Source: Chloroflexota bacterium
GTDB taxonomy: Bacteria > Chloroflexota > Anaerolineae > UBA4142
Direction of reading: 5' to 3'
Length of the DNA: 64,000 nucleotides
Assembly (NCBI GenBank): GCA_037440625.1
Contig: JBBITT010000017.1
Location: 1,767-65,766, forward strand
Of this stretch, positions 53,773-62,944 are shown one piece after another. Within the stretch, counting starts at the first letter, position 1; each line of letters begins with the position of its first letter. A program made the translations under genes and the position numbers. The notes under the pieces are model-generated. The model was given only the letters and a program-made list of their open reading frames with translations, made no database searches and had not been told where the DNA came from.

Positions 53773-55988
53773 TGTCCAAATCTCAAACCTCAACCCCCCA
53801 ATCCCAAATCATCAGTGATTTTGCTGCGCTGGTGTTCATCGCCGCGCTAGTTTTGCTTTTCTTTTGGCGCATCCTCACGCCGCGTTTGGAAGACCGCGCC
53901 GTCTTTCCGCCCGGCGATTTTACCGATCAGTTTTGGATGTTCCGTGTCTATGAAGCGCGCGCGTTTGCGCAAGGACGCTTGCCACTGTGGTCAGACAATT
54001 TCAACAGTGGGCATCCCTTCCTCGCTGATGTGCAGAGCGCGCTTTTTTATCCGATCGGTTTGGTGTGGACACTCCTTGTCGTTGCAACGCGCGGCGCAGA
54101 TTTTACATTGTTCGATTTAGAAGTTGAAGCGATTTTGCATTTCATACTTGCCGGCGCGTTCACGTATTTGTTTGCCAAACGCTTGCTCGGCTCGCGCATC
54201 CCTGCGTTGGTGAGCGCGCTCACTTTTACGTTCGGCGGTTATCTCACCTCCTATCCGCCGCAACAACTCGCCATTCTGGAAACGGCAACGTGGCTACCGC
54301 TAATTTTATTGTTGTTGGATTACGCCCTCGAACGCGGCTGGCGTTATTACCTTGGGGCAGGGGTCGCGCTGGGCGTTGCCGCGTTGGCGGGGCATCCGCA
54401 GACATTGATGTTTGTAGGTTATGCGAGCGTCATTTATTTTGTGTGGCGCGCCCGACAAAACTCAAATTCTCCATCTGCCAGGAATTGGATTTTGAGATTT
54501 GGACTTGATTTATCACTTGTTCTTTTCATCGCCGCCGGCATTGCCGCCGCGCAATGGCTCCCCAGTCTCGAATATCAAATGGTCTCAACGCGTGCCGCCC
54601 TTTCGTGGAAAGATGCCGCCAGCGGTTTCCCCACACTCGATCCTCTGCAAATGATTTTGCCGGGCTATGCTAGCGCGTTTCAATCGCCGTTGTATATCGG
54701 CATCTTGCCGCTGTGGTTTGCGCTCTTGGCTTTGTTCATTCAGCGTTCGCGCGAGAAAATATTTTGGCTTGGACTCGCGCTCGGCGCGCTCATTGTTTCA
54801 TTTGGTTTCTACGTGTTTGGGTACGCCTTGTTTTATCTCTTGGTGCCCGGCTTTGCGCTGTTTCGCGGTCAAGAACGACTTGCCTTCATCATTAGTTTTT
54901 CACTGGCGATCCTCGCCGGGTACGGTTTGCGCGATTTGATGCAAGCATCGTTCGATGGAAAACGGGCGCGCCGGCTGTGGGCATTGCTACCGGCCGGCAT
55001 CGTCGTCAGCGTGCTGATGCTGTTCACGATGTACATCGCCGCGCGCGAGTACCAAACCGGCCGATTATTCTTTCTCACGGATCGCGCCGGGCTGATGGCG
55101 TTATTGTTTGGGCTGGCAAGTGTGGTCGCGCTGGTGCTGATTCAACGCCGGCAAGGGGCTTTGGGACTCGCGCTTGCGCTAATCGTCTTTGATCTGTTTA
55201 GCATCAATAACGCCCTGTATAACGCTGACCCCACGCCACGATTCCCGGCGACGCCCATCATCGAAACAATTCAAAACGATGCCGGGATTTTCCGGGTGGT
55301 GGATGAAGGGACGCAACCCGGGCATTTTGGCATTGCGTATAATCTCGAAGAGATCGGCGGGATTAGCCCGCTGCGCATCGCCTACTATAATCAATTGCTG
55401 GACGAGTTGCCCGCAGAAAATTTGTGGCGCCTGCTGAATGTGCGGTACGTGCTGACCCAGCGCCCCAGTTTGGCGCACGCCGATTTGGTTACCCAAGACG
55501 GCGAGGCGCGCTTGTTTCGTTTGCAAACCCAAATGCCACGCGCGTGGCTAGTCGGCACAGCGCAACTGGCGGACGATGCGAACGCGCTTGCCGCGATGCA
55601 AAATGATTCCTTCGATCCGCGCGCCATCGTTTATCTCGCCGAGGCGCCGGCATTTTTGCCGGTGCCCAATGCTGCGTTCACCCCGGTTACCTTTGAACAA
55701 CGCGACCCGGAACATTTTACGCTGACCTTCAACACGCCCACTGATTCGATTTTGGTGTTGAGCCACACGTATTATCCCGGTTGGCGCGCGACGGTTGACG
55801 GCGACGCCGCGCCGATTCTGCGCGCTAACGTTGCGTTGCAAGCGATTGCCGTGCGCGCCGGCGCACATCGCGTTGAAATGAGTTTTGAGCCGTGGTCGGT
55901 GAAGGTGGGGATTGCGATTTCTATTTTGACCATCGGGGTGCTCGTGGTTGGGACCGTCTTGAAAGGTAGGAAGGCAAATGCAACTTGA
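53772..55988 (+). CDS. YfhO-like polytopic membrane glycosyltransferase (GT-C)
   Basis: GDFTDQFWMFRVYEARAFAQGRLPLWSDNFNSGHPFLADVQSALFYP resembles the YfhO N-terminal signature; TAATG overlap with the upstream gene. Confidence 0.55.
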   Translation: MSKSQTSTPQSQIISDFAALVFIAALVLLFFWRILTPRLEDRAVFPPGDFTDQFWMFRVYEARAFAQGRLPLWSDNFNSGHPFLADVQSALFYPIGLVWTLLVVATRGADFTLFDLEVEAILHFILAGAFTYLFAKRLLGSRIPALVSALTFTFGGYLTSYPPQQLAILETATWLPLILLLLDYALERGWRYYLGAGVALGVAALAGHPQTLMFVGYASVIYFVWRARQNSNSPSARNWILRFGLDLSLVLFIAAGIAAAQWLPSLEYQMVSTRAALSWKDAASGFPTLDPLQMILPGYASAFQSPLYIGILPLWFALLALFIQRSREKIFWLGLALGALIVSFGFYVFGYALFYLLVPGFALFRGQERLAFIISFSLAILAGYGLRDLMQASFDGKRARRLWALLPAGIVVSVLMLFTMYIAAREYQTGRLFFLTDRAGLMALLFGLASVVALVLIQRRQGALGLALALIVFDLFSINNALYNADPTPRFPATPIIETIQNDAGIFRVVDEGTQPGHFGIAYNLEEIGGISPLRIAYYNQLLDELPAENLWRLLNVRYVLTQRPSLAHADLVTQDGEARLFRLQTQMPRAWLVGTAQLADDANALAAMQNDSFDPRAIVYLAEAPAFLPVPNAAFTPVTFEQRDPEHFTLTFNTPTDSILVLSHTYYPGWRATVDGDAAPILRANVALQAIAVRAGAHRVEMSFEPWSVKVGIAISILTIGVLVVGTVLKGRKANAT
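53775..53809. repeat. Direct heptamer array (CCAAAT family), half element at the 5' end of the CDS
   Basis: tccaaat ctcaaac ctcaacc ccccaat cccaaat. Confidence 0.55.
54461..54505. repeat. Degenerate inverted heptamer element (CTCAAAT ... TTGAGAT TTGGACT) inside the CDS
   Basis: ctcaaat tctccat ctgccag gaattgg att ttgagat ttggact; encodes SNSPSARNWILRFGL. Confidence 0.45.
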
Positions 55989-57414
55989 TCGAACTGATTC
56001 ACGCGTGCGTAATGGGTTCATCGTCCTCGTTGCCATGCTGCTTGCCATTGCCGGCAGTGCCACCATCGCGTTCGTTCATCCACTTGTTCCGTTCGCGGTC
56101 ATCATTGGCATGGTCATCGGCGCGATCATTCTATCGAACATCGAGTTTGGGATGTACGCCGTGATGGCCATCGCGGTGCTATTGCCGTTCGCCGCGCTCC
56201 CGCTCAATATCGGTTTCAATCCAACCTTTCTCGATCTTGCGCTTGTCGCGGTGTACGCGATGTGGTTTACACGCGTGATGACGCGTCAAGCCGAACATGG
56301 TTTTGTCGCCACGGTATTAGGTTTGCCTATCCTGACGTTTCTCATTCTCGCTATCTTTTCATTCATCGCCGGCACCGCGCACGCACCGATTACCACGCAG
56401 GTCTTGCGCCAGTTCGCCGAAGTGCTGGCGGCGATTGCGTTCTTCTTCGTGATCGTGAACACCGTGCAGACGCGTGCAATGCTTAGACGCTATGTGACCG
56501 CGCTCATCCTTGCCGGCTTTGTCTCCGCGTTCATCGGGATCATTCTCTATGTGCTTCCCCGTGACCTGACGATCATGTTGCTCTCGTTGTTGCGCGTGTT
56601 CAAGTATCCTTCGGGTGAAGGGGTTTTGCGTTTCATCGAAGATGATCCCAACAATCCGATGCGTGCGATCTCGACCTCGATTGATCCGAACGTGTTGGGC
56701 GGTTTGATGATTTTGGTTACCGCGCTCGCCGCGCCGCAACTCTTTGCCGAGAAACCGTTGTTGCCGCGCAAACTTGTGCTCGTCATGGTTGGCACGATGT
56801 TTGTGTGTTTGGTGCTGACGTTTTCACGTGGAGCCCTGTTGGGCTTGGTGCTGGCATTGACCGTGATCGCCACCGTACGCTATCGTCCGATGATCGCCTT
56901 GATTTTGCTGGGCGCGATCGTGTTCTTGTTCTTGCCGTTCACGCAAGAATATCTTGGGCATCTTTTGGATGCGTTCACGCTGAGCGACCGAGCGACCCAA
57001 ATGCGACTGGGCGAATACAAAGATGCGCTCACGCTGATTTCGCGTTATCCATTTTTTGGCGTGGGCTTTGGCGGCTCACCCGATATTGACACCTACCTTG
57101 GTGTATCCAGTGTCTATTTGTTGATGGCAGAAGAAATGGGCTTGATTGGCTTGAGCGTGTTTCTCATCATTATGGGCACCTTCTTTTATCAAGCGCTCCA
57201 AGCGTGGTTTGCGCGGATTGCCCAAGACAAATTTCTCGCGCCGATTTTGTTGGGAATCGCCGGGGCGTTGCTCGGCGCGATGATCGGCGGTTTGGTGGAT
57301 CACTATTTCTTCAATCTCCGATTTCCGCACTCGGTCGTCTTGTTTTGGTTGTTCGTGGGGCTGGGGATGGTGACGATTCGATTGAGCAACCCTAACGCTG
57401 ACGAACTCCAATGA
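55978..57414 (+). CDS. O-antigen ligase/polymerase-family (Wzy_C) membrane protein
   Basis: About 11 TM helices, TFSRGALLGLVLAL motif, periplasmic loop region. Confidence 0.7.
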   Translation: MQLDRTDSRVRNGFIVLVAMLLAIAGSATIAFVHPLVPFAVIIGMVIGAIILSNIEFGMYAVMAIAVLLPFAALPLNIGFNPTFLDLALVAVYAMWFTRVMTRQAEHGFVATVLGLPILTFLILAIFSFIAGTAHAPITTQVLRQFAEVLAAIAFFFVIVNTVQTRAMLRRYVTALILAGFVSAFIGIILYVLPRDLTIMLLSLLRVFKYPSGEGVLRFIEDDPNNPMRAISTSIDPNVLGGLMILVTALAAPQLFAEKPLLPRKLVLVMVGTMFVCLVLTFSRGALLGLVLALTVIATVRYRPMIALILLGAIVFLFLPFTQEYLGHLLDAFTLSDRATQMRLGEYKDALTLISRYPFFGVGFGGSPDIDTYLGVSSVYLLMAEEMGLIGLSVFLIIMGTFFYQALQAWFARIAQDKFLAPILLGIAGALLGAMIGGLVDHYFFNLRFPHSVVLFWLFVGLGMVTIRLSNPNADELQ

Positions 57415-59477
57415 AGATTCCGCAGCGCGTTTGGGTCCCTGCAATTCTCCTCGCCGCGTTCGCCGTGCGAATGTTTCGGCTGGGCGCGGCAAGTTTGTGG
57501 TACGACGAGACGGTGAGCGTTTACCTTGCGCAACAGAATCTCGTCGAACTCACCTGCCACACCGCTGGCGATATTCATCCTCCGCTGTATTATTATCTCT
57601 TGCACTTTTGGGGCAACCTTGCCGGCTGGTCCGAATTGGCGATGGCGTTCGTCTCGCTCGGCTGCGATCTTTTGCTGATTGCCCTCGTTTATCGTGTGGC
57701 GCGCGCGTGGCTCGACAAACAGGTTGCCACCCTTGCCGCGTTTCTGGTAGCGATCTCGCCGTATCACGTGTGGTACTCGCAAGAAGTGCGAATGTACACG
57801 CTCGGCGCGCTGCTGGGACTGGCATCGGTTTATTTTCTTGTGCGGTTGATTAGTCGTCAGGCGTCAGGCACCACTCGCCAGTCCATTTTCTCGCGCGACT
57901 TGATCGCTTATGCGATTATCAGCGCGCTGGGTTTGTATACGCTCTACTATTTTGCTTTTCTGATTGTCTTTGAAAATCTTGTCGCCTTTGTTTGGCTTAT
58001 TCGCCATTCAAGATCACGGCTTGATTTGCGATTGGGAAATTGGAAGTTGGGATTGGTAACTTGGGTTTTCTCCCAACTTGCCATCCTTGCACTCTATCTG
58101 CCCTGGGCGCCCATCGCCTTCCGCCAAGCCACCGATCCCCCCGTTCCGCCGTGGCGTTCCTTCACCGCGCTCCCGCAAGTTCTGCTCGAATCGTTTTCCG
58201 CGCTCACGCTGGGACAATCCATTGACCCGCTGATAGCATCGCCGGTGCTATTCATCGTTGTGGTCGTGATGCTCATCGCATGGTGGCGGAACCGCTTACT
58301 GCCGACTACCTACCGCCGACTGCCTACTGTGTTGTTCCTACTTGGTTATACCTTGATCCCACTTGCGCTCATCTATACGCTTTCGCTTTGGAAACCGCTC
58401 TACCATGTCCGCTATGTTTTCATCTATTCGCCGGCGTTTTACATCCTGCTCGCAATGGGTTTAGAGAAGATTCGCCATTCGTCATTTGCCGTTCGCCGTT
58501 TGCGTTTTGCGTTTTACGCTTTACTCTTTATTCTGCTCACCGCCTCTGGCTTTTCGATCTACAATTTTTGGTTCAACCCTCGTTATGCCAAAGACGATTT
58601 GCGCGGCGCGGTGAATTATCTTGCGGAACGTTGGCGACCCGGCGATGCGATTCTCCTCAACGCCGGCTACACCTACACCGCGTTCGTGTACTATTATGAT
58701 CAACCGATCGCGTGGCGCGGACGATTGACTGCGTACACCGCGCAGAACGCCCAGGAGGGTGCAATCGTTTTGCAAACCGGCTCGATCGGCGGCGCACCGA
58801 ACCTGGGCTGGGGCGATCCGCGTTCCGATTTTTACGCGACGACCGCTGACGAAACGCGTGCCGCGCTCGATCGAGTCTTTGCCGCGCACCCGCGCGTGTG
58901 GATGCTCCGCTTGTACGATACGGTGGTTGACCCGGCCGGTATCATTCGCGATTATCTTGCCACACGTGGGCGCCTCATTGACGATCAAGGATTCGCTGGC
59001 GAATCCTACGCGCGTGTGCAAGGTTATCTCACCTCGCCTTTGCCAACGACGACCTTGCCCTCCACGCTCACACGCCGCGATGTGTTGCTGGGTAATCGAA
59101 TTGGGTTGCTGGGCTTTGAGCCGGCATCGTTGACAGTACACGCCGGGCAAACGATTGACGTGAACGTGTACTGGCAAGCCAAAGAACAAACGAATGTGGA
59201 CAGCCATCTTTTCATCGGGGTGTACGCAGAAGATGGTGCGCTGGTTGCTTCAACCGAAGAAATTCCCATCGGCAATGCGCTAGGCACATCACGTTGGACT
59301 CCCGGCGAAATTTTGCGCCACCCCATTCGTATGCGTCTCCCGGTGCATCTGGCACCGGGTCTTTACAACTTGCGCGTCACACTATACAATCCGCTCACCA
59401 ACGAACCCTTGAGCGCGCCGCCAAATGTTGCGGACGCAAGTCAAATTATGCTGACCCAGATTCGAATCGAAAAATGA
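57411..59477 (+). CDS. GT39/ArnT-type GT-C glycosyltransferase, paralogue 3
   Basis: LWYDETVSVY first loop, GDIHPPLYYYLLHFW, C-terminal LLGFEPA...VNVYWQAKEQ domain; ATGA overlap. Confidence 0.75.
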   Translation: MKIPQRVWVPAILLAAFAVRMFRLGAASLWYDETVSVYLAQQNLVELTCHTAGDIHPPLYYYLLHFWGNLAGWSELAMAFVSLGCDLLLIALVYRVARAWLDKQVATLAAFLVAISPYHVWYSQEVRMYTLGALLGLASVYFLVRLISRQASGTTRQSIFSRDLIAYAIISALGLYTLYYFAFLIVFENLVAFVWLIRHSRSRLDLRLGNWKLGLVTWVFSQLAILALYLPWAPIAFRQATDPPVPPWRSFTALPQVLLESFSALTLGQSIDPLIASPVLFIVVVVMLIAWWRNRLLPTTYRRLPTVLFLLGYTLIPLALIYTLSLWKPLYHVRYVFIYSPAFYILLAMGLEKIRHSSFAVRRLRFAFYALLFILLTASGFSIYNFWFNPRYAKDDLRGAVNYLAERWRPGDAILLNAGYTYTAFVYYYDQPIAWRGRLTAYTAQNAQEGAIVLQTGSIGGAPNLGWGDPRSDFYATTADETRAALDRVFAAHPRVWMLRLYDTVVDPAGIIRDYLATRGRLIDDQGFAGESYARVQGYLTSPLPTTTLPSTLTRRDVLLGNRIGLLGFEPASLTVHAGQTIDVNVYWQAKEQTNVDSHLFIGVYAEDGALVASTEEIPIGNALGTSRWTPGEILRHPIRMRLPVHLAPGLYNLRVTLYNPLTNEPLSAPPNVADASQIMLTQIRIEK
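58020..58070. repeat. Heptamer array (TTGNGAT family, inverted orientation only) inside the CDS
   Basis: ttgcgat tgggaaa ttggaag ttgggat tggtaac ttgggtt; shares atttgcgatt-ggga with 50073..50086. Confidence 0.5.
58297..58331. repeat. Degenerate GACTACC-family heptamer tract inside the CDS
   Basis: tactgcc gactacc taccgcc gactgcc tactgtg; encodes LLPTTYRRLPTV. Confidence 0.5.
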
Positions 59478-59493
59478 AATTCGCGGAGGAACT

Positions 59494-60810
59494 ATGAGCA
59501 CCCAACCCCAAGCCGATCTTGCACGCATCATCGAATCCGCGCGCCGGCTCGGCATCGAAATGGATGAAGCCGATGCCTTGCAATGGCTCACCGCGATGGC
59601 AGCCGCGTCAAGCGGCGGCGATATTGTAATGGACACGCGCAGTGGTGTGTTTGGTCATAAAGTAACGATGCTCGATTTTAGCGATGAGCAACTTGCGCAC
59701 TATCGCGCGATTGGTCGCTTGGTAGAGTTTGCCGATGTGCCCGGCGTCGTGGAAACCGCGCTCGCCTTGTCCGGCTCTGCCGCGCAATCCAAAATTCAAA
59801 CCTATCCCGGCGATTGCGATTATTTCGAACGCATCAACATTATCGCCGCAACCCGCGAAAAGGCGTGCGAAATTCTTGCCAAGATTATGCGTGAGAAAGC
59901 GTTGAGCACGCTCAAAGGGGCAACGTATCAACTCATCGAAGTGAAATTTGGTTCGTATCCGTACGAGGTGGTGAAAGGCGAACAGAGAATCAAAGCCGGG
60001 TCGCCGGTGTCGTGGGCGCCCGCCGAAATTCAAGCGGGTCAGATCGAAGCGTTCACGCCCGATGGAAAACCGGTGACGATTCGTTGGGACGATGTGGCGC
60101 AAAACCCGGGTTGGTGCAAACTCGATTGGGTCATTGCCGATCCGGCGCGCGGGCAACTGGCCAACGCCTCGAATATGCTCGATGTAACCTGGGAGGCACC
60201 GGACGGAACGATTACGCCGCTCGATGGTTATCTCGATCCATACTTTCAAGAAGTCTATCTCGATGCAACCTCCGTCCCGATTTTTTCCAAGTTAGCCAAA
60301 CACGTTTCGGCGGACGCGCTGGACGAGTACGTGGCGCAGTTGCAAAAGGAAATCAAAAAGTATTTGCAAAAAGAGCATCTCAACTATGGCAAGGTGGCTA
60401 AACGGATGTACAACATTTTTCGTTTGACCGGGCGTTACCAAGAAGCCGCGTTCGTGCGTGAATTGTTCGATGAGCCCGCCACGGTGTTGTACCAAGTTTG
60501 GTCGCTCATCCGCACGATTGACGATTGTTGCCAAGCCGGCTCGAGCATTTCCAGAGAAACGATGCTCGCGCAAACGGATCAACTCATCGTTCACGTGGTA
60601 GATGTGTTGGAAGGTGATCGGGAAGCCGAAATCGTCAAACGCCTTTTGCGTTTGCGCGATAGTTTGACACGCCAAGTGGCAGGGCAAGCATTGGATGCCC
60701 AAGCCGAAGCTGCCCGCGCCGAGGTGATCAACATCGTCAACAATTTTTTCTACGCCAAGTTGACTGCCTTGCCAACGATCAAAGAATATCTCGAAACGAT
60801 GGGGCAATAA
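59494..60810 (+). CDS. Hypothetical protein with a nucleotidyltransferase-type GS...DxD motif
   Basis: LALSGSAAQSKIQTYPGDCDYFERINI (G-S, 11 residues, D-x-D); later KLDWVIAD; helical C-terminal half; GGAGGA RBS 16 nt after the upstream stop. Confidence 0.35.
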   Translation: MSTQPQADLARIIESARRLGIEMDEADALQWLTAMAAASSGGDIVMDTRSGVFGHKVTMLDFSDEQLAHYRAIGRLVEFADVPGVVETALALSGSAAQSKIQTYPGDCDYFERINIIAATREKACEILAKIMREKALSTLKGATYQLIEVKFGSYPYEVVKGEQRIKAGSPVSWAPAEIQAGQIEAFTPDGKPVTIRWDDVAQNPGWCKLDWVIADPARGQLANASNMLDVTWEAPDGTITPLDGYLDPYFQEVYLDATSVPIFSKLAKHVSADALDEYVAQLQKEIKKYLQKEHLNYGKVAKRMYNIFRLTGRYQEAAFVRELFDEPATVLYQVWSLIRTIDDCCQAGSSISRETMLAQTDQLIVHVVDVLEGDREAEIVKRLLRLRDSLTRQVAGQALDAQAEAARAEVINIVNNFFYAKLTALPTIKEYLETMGQ

Positions 60811-60838
60811 TGTCGAAGCGCACCATCGCTCAAAAATG

Positions 60839-60847
60839 TGCTATAAT
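60839..60847 (+). promoter_or_regulatory. Extended -10 element TGCTATAAT upstream of ferritin
   Basis: tgctataat 32 nt before ATG 60880; AGGAGG RBS at 60869. Confidence 0.4.
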
Positions 60848-60879
60848 AACTTACAAATCGCTTACCCTAGGAGGACACG

Positions 60880-61374
60880 ATGAACATTAGTAAAACCATG
60901 CAAGATGCTTTTAACGAGCAAATCAAAAACGAGTTCTACTCCGCATATCTGTATCTTGCCATGTCGGCATACTTTGAATCGCTCAGTCTGCCCGGGTCCG
61001 CCAAGTGGATGCGCGCGCAGTTCGCCGAAGAGCAAACGCACGCGCTAAAAATGTTCGACTTTGTGAATGATCGCGGCGGGCGGGTAACGCTCAAGGCGAT
61101 TGACCAACCGACCTTCGAGTGGAAGTCGCCGCTGGCGGCATGGGAAAATGTTCTCGAGCACGAACGCAAAGTAACTGACTTGATCAACAAGATGTACGCC
61201 CAAGCCGTCGAAGAAAAAGATTACGCCAGCCAAGCCTTCCTTAGTTGGTTTGTGACCGAGCAGGTCGAAGAGGAAAAGAATGCCATGCTGATGGTCGAGC
61301 GATTCAAACAAGCCGGCGAACACCCTTCGACGTTGCTTTTGCTGGATGGGCATTTTACCAAGCGTGAGGAATAA
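60880..61374 (+). CDS. ftn: Non-haem ferritin
   Basis: NEQIKNEFYSAYLYLAMSAYF, AEEQTHALKMFDF, EHERKVT: ferroxidase-centre residues. Confidence 0.9.
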   Translation: MNISKTMQDAFNEQIKNEFYSAYLYLAMSAYFESLSLPGSAKWMRAQFAEEQTHALKMFDFVNDRGGRVTLKAIDQPTFEWKSPLAAWENVLEHERKVTDLINKMYAQAVEEKDYASQAFLSWFVTEQVEEEKNAMLMVERFKQAGEHPSTLLLLDGHFTKREE

Positions 61375-61379
61375 GAACG

Positions 61380-61408
61380 AGACCCGTTTTCCAAGCGAAA
61401 ACGGGTCT
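61380..61408 (+). terminator. Hairpin after ferritin
   Basis: agacccgtttt-ccaagcg-aaaacgggtct; no strong T tract. Confidence 0.45.
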
Positions 61409-61425
61409 TGAACATCGAGGCAACC

Positions 61426-61908
61426 ATGACCCGCAATGAAATTTTGCAAGCCATCCAAGCACAGCACGCCGAACTGAATGCGGTGCTGGCGACGCTTCCG
61501 ACGGAACAACTCCCGCAGCCGCTGGTGGCGTGGTGGAATGCCAAGGATTTGTTGGGGCACATCGCCTTGTGGGAGCAAGTCGCGCTCAAATTCATCCGCG
61601 AGTACAAGCACGAGGGTGTGCCCAAACAACTAGGCATTAAAGATGACGATGATCTGGATCGCTACAATAAACGCAGCGTTGCCATGCGCCGCGATCTGTC
61701 CTTTGACGTTGTGCGCGCCGAACTCGATGCCACGTACCACGATTTGATTGCCGAGATCGAATCACTCAACGACGCCGATCTCACCAAACCCTTGCCTGCA
61801 CCTTGGGGTAAAGGGGCAACCTTGGAACGGTTGATTGCGGTCAACTCGTACCAGCACGTACCCGAACACATCGAACAAATTGCCGCGCTCAAAAGAGGGA
61901 GAGTGTAG
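61426..61908 (+). CDS. DinB/ClbS-like four-helix-bundle protein
   Basis: W-x-AKDLLGHIALWE and C-terminal YQHVPEHIEQI His motifs. Confidence 0.4.
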   Translation: MTRNEILQAIQAQHAELNAVLATLPTEQLPQPLVAWWNAKDLLGHIALWEQVALKFIREYKHEGVPKQLGIKDDDDLDRYNKRSVAMRRDLSFDVVRAELDATYHDLIAEIESLNDADLTKPLPAPWGKGATLERLIAVNSYQHVPEHIEQIAALKRGRV

Positions 61909-61976
61909 AGTCAGGGAGGTTGACCAGAGCATCGAATTGATTACAATGAATGTAAACTCATCGAGGTGAGGCATCC

Positions 61977-62909
61977 ATGAAAATTGCAATTATGGCAGCG
62001 GGCGGTCTGGGGAGTTATTATGGCGCACTCCTCGCCAAAGATGGACACGAGGTGACGTTCATCGCACGCGGCGCGCACTTGCAAGCGATCCGCCAAAATG
62101 GTCTGGTGGTCAAAAGCATTCACGGCGATGTAACGATCAAGCCGGCGCGCGCCACTGATAACCCCGCCGAGGTGGGGGTGGTGGACTGGGTGATCTTGAG
62201 CGTCAAGACGTACGATAACGCGACCGCCATCCAAGCGATTAAACCGATGATCGGGGCGCACACGACCGTCGTTACGTTCCAGAATGGTGTGGATAACCAC
62301 GATCAAATTGGCGCGATCATTGGCAAGGAACACGTGATCGTCGCGCCCACGCAAATCGTCTCGAACATTACCGCGCCGGGAGTGGTGGAGCAAAAGAGTC
62401 CGTTCCGCATTTCGTTTGTGGGCGAGGTGTACGGGCAAGGTCTCACGCCGCGCGTGGAAGAATTTGTGACGATGCTCAAACGAACCGGCGTTGAGGCAAC
62501 GGCGGTGGCGGATGGGCGCACGCCGTTGTGGCACAAGTTTGTGTTCATTGCATCCGCCTCCGGCTTGGCATCGCTCGCGCGCACCGCCCCGTACGATTTG
62601 TTTCAAATGCCGGAAGCGCGCGCTACGTTGCGCGCGGCGATGGAAGAAGTGTACGCGGTGGGCAAAGCGCAAGGCGTGCAACTCGACGATGATATTGTTG
62701 AGCGGCAATATCAGTTCGCGCTCAATCTCAAACCCGGCGCCAAGCCCTCGATGCAACTCGATGTGGAGCAAGGCAAGCGTTTGGAGATTGATGCGATGAG
62801 CGGAACGATTGTGCGATTGGGTGCAGAGAAGAACATACCAACCCCGGTACACCAAACGATTTACATCGCGCTCAAGATGCACGATGAACAGGTCAAGGCA
62901 AAAAAGTAA
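61977..62909 (+). CDS. panE: 2-dehydropantoate 2-reductase (ketopantoate reductase)
   Basis: MKIAIMAAGGLGSYYGALLA, VILSVKTYD, FQNGV, SMQLDVEQGKRLEID. Confidence 0.85.
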   Translation: MKIAIMAAGGLGSYYGALLAKDGHEVTFIARGAHLQAIRQNGLVVKSIHGDVTIKPARATDNPAEVGVVDWVILSVKTYDNATAIQAIKPMIGAHTTVVTFQNGVDNHDQIGAIIGKEHVIVAPTQIVSNITAPGVVEQKSPFRISFVGEVYGQGLTPRVEEFVTMLKRTGVEATAVADGRTPLWHKFVFIASASGLASLARTAPYDLFQMPEARATLRAAMEEVYAVGKAQGVQLDDDIVERQYQFALNLKPGAKPSMQLDVEQGKRLEIDAMSGTIVRLGAEKNIPTPVHQTIYIALKMHDEQVKAKK

Positions 62910-62944
62910 ATGCAGCGAATGAGGGCACGAGAAAACTCCTGCCC

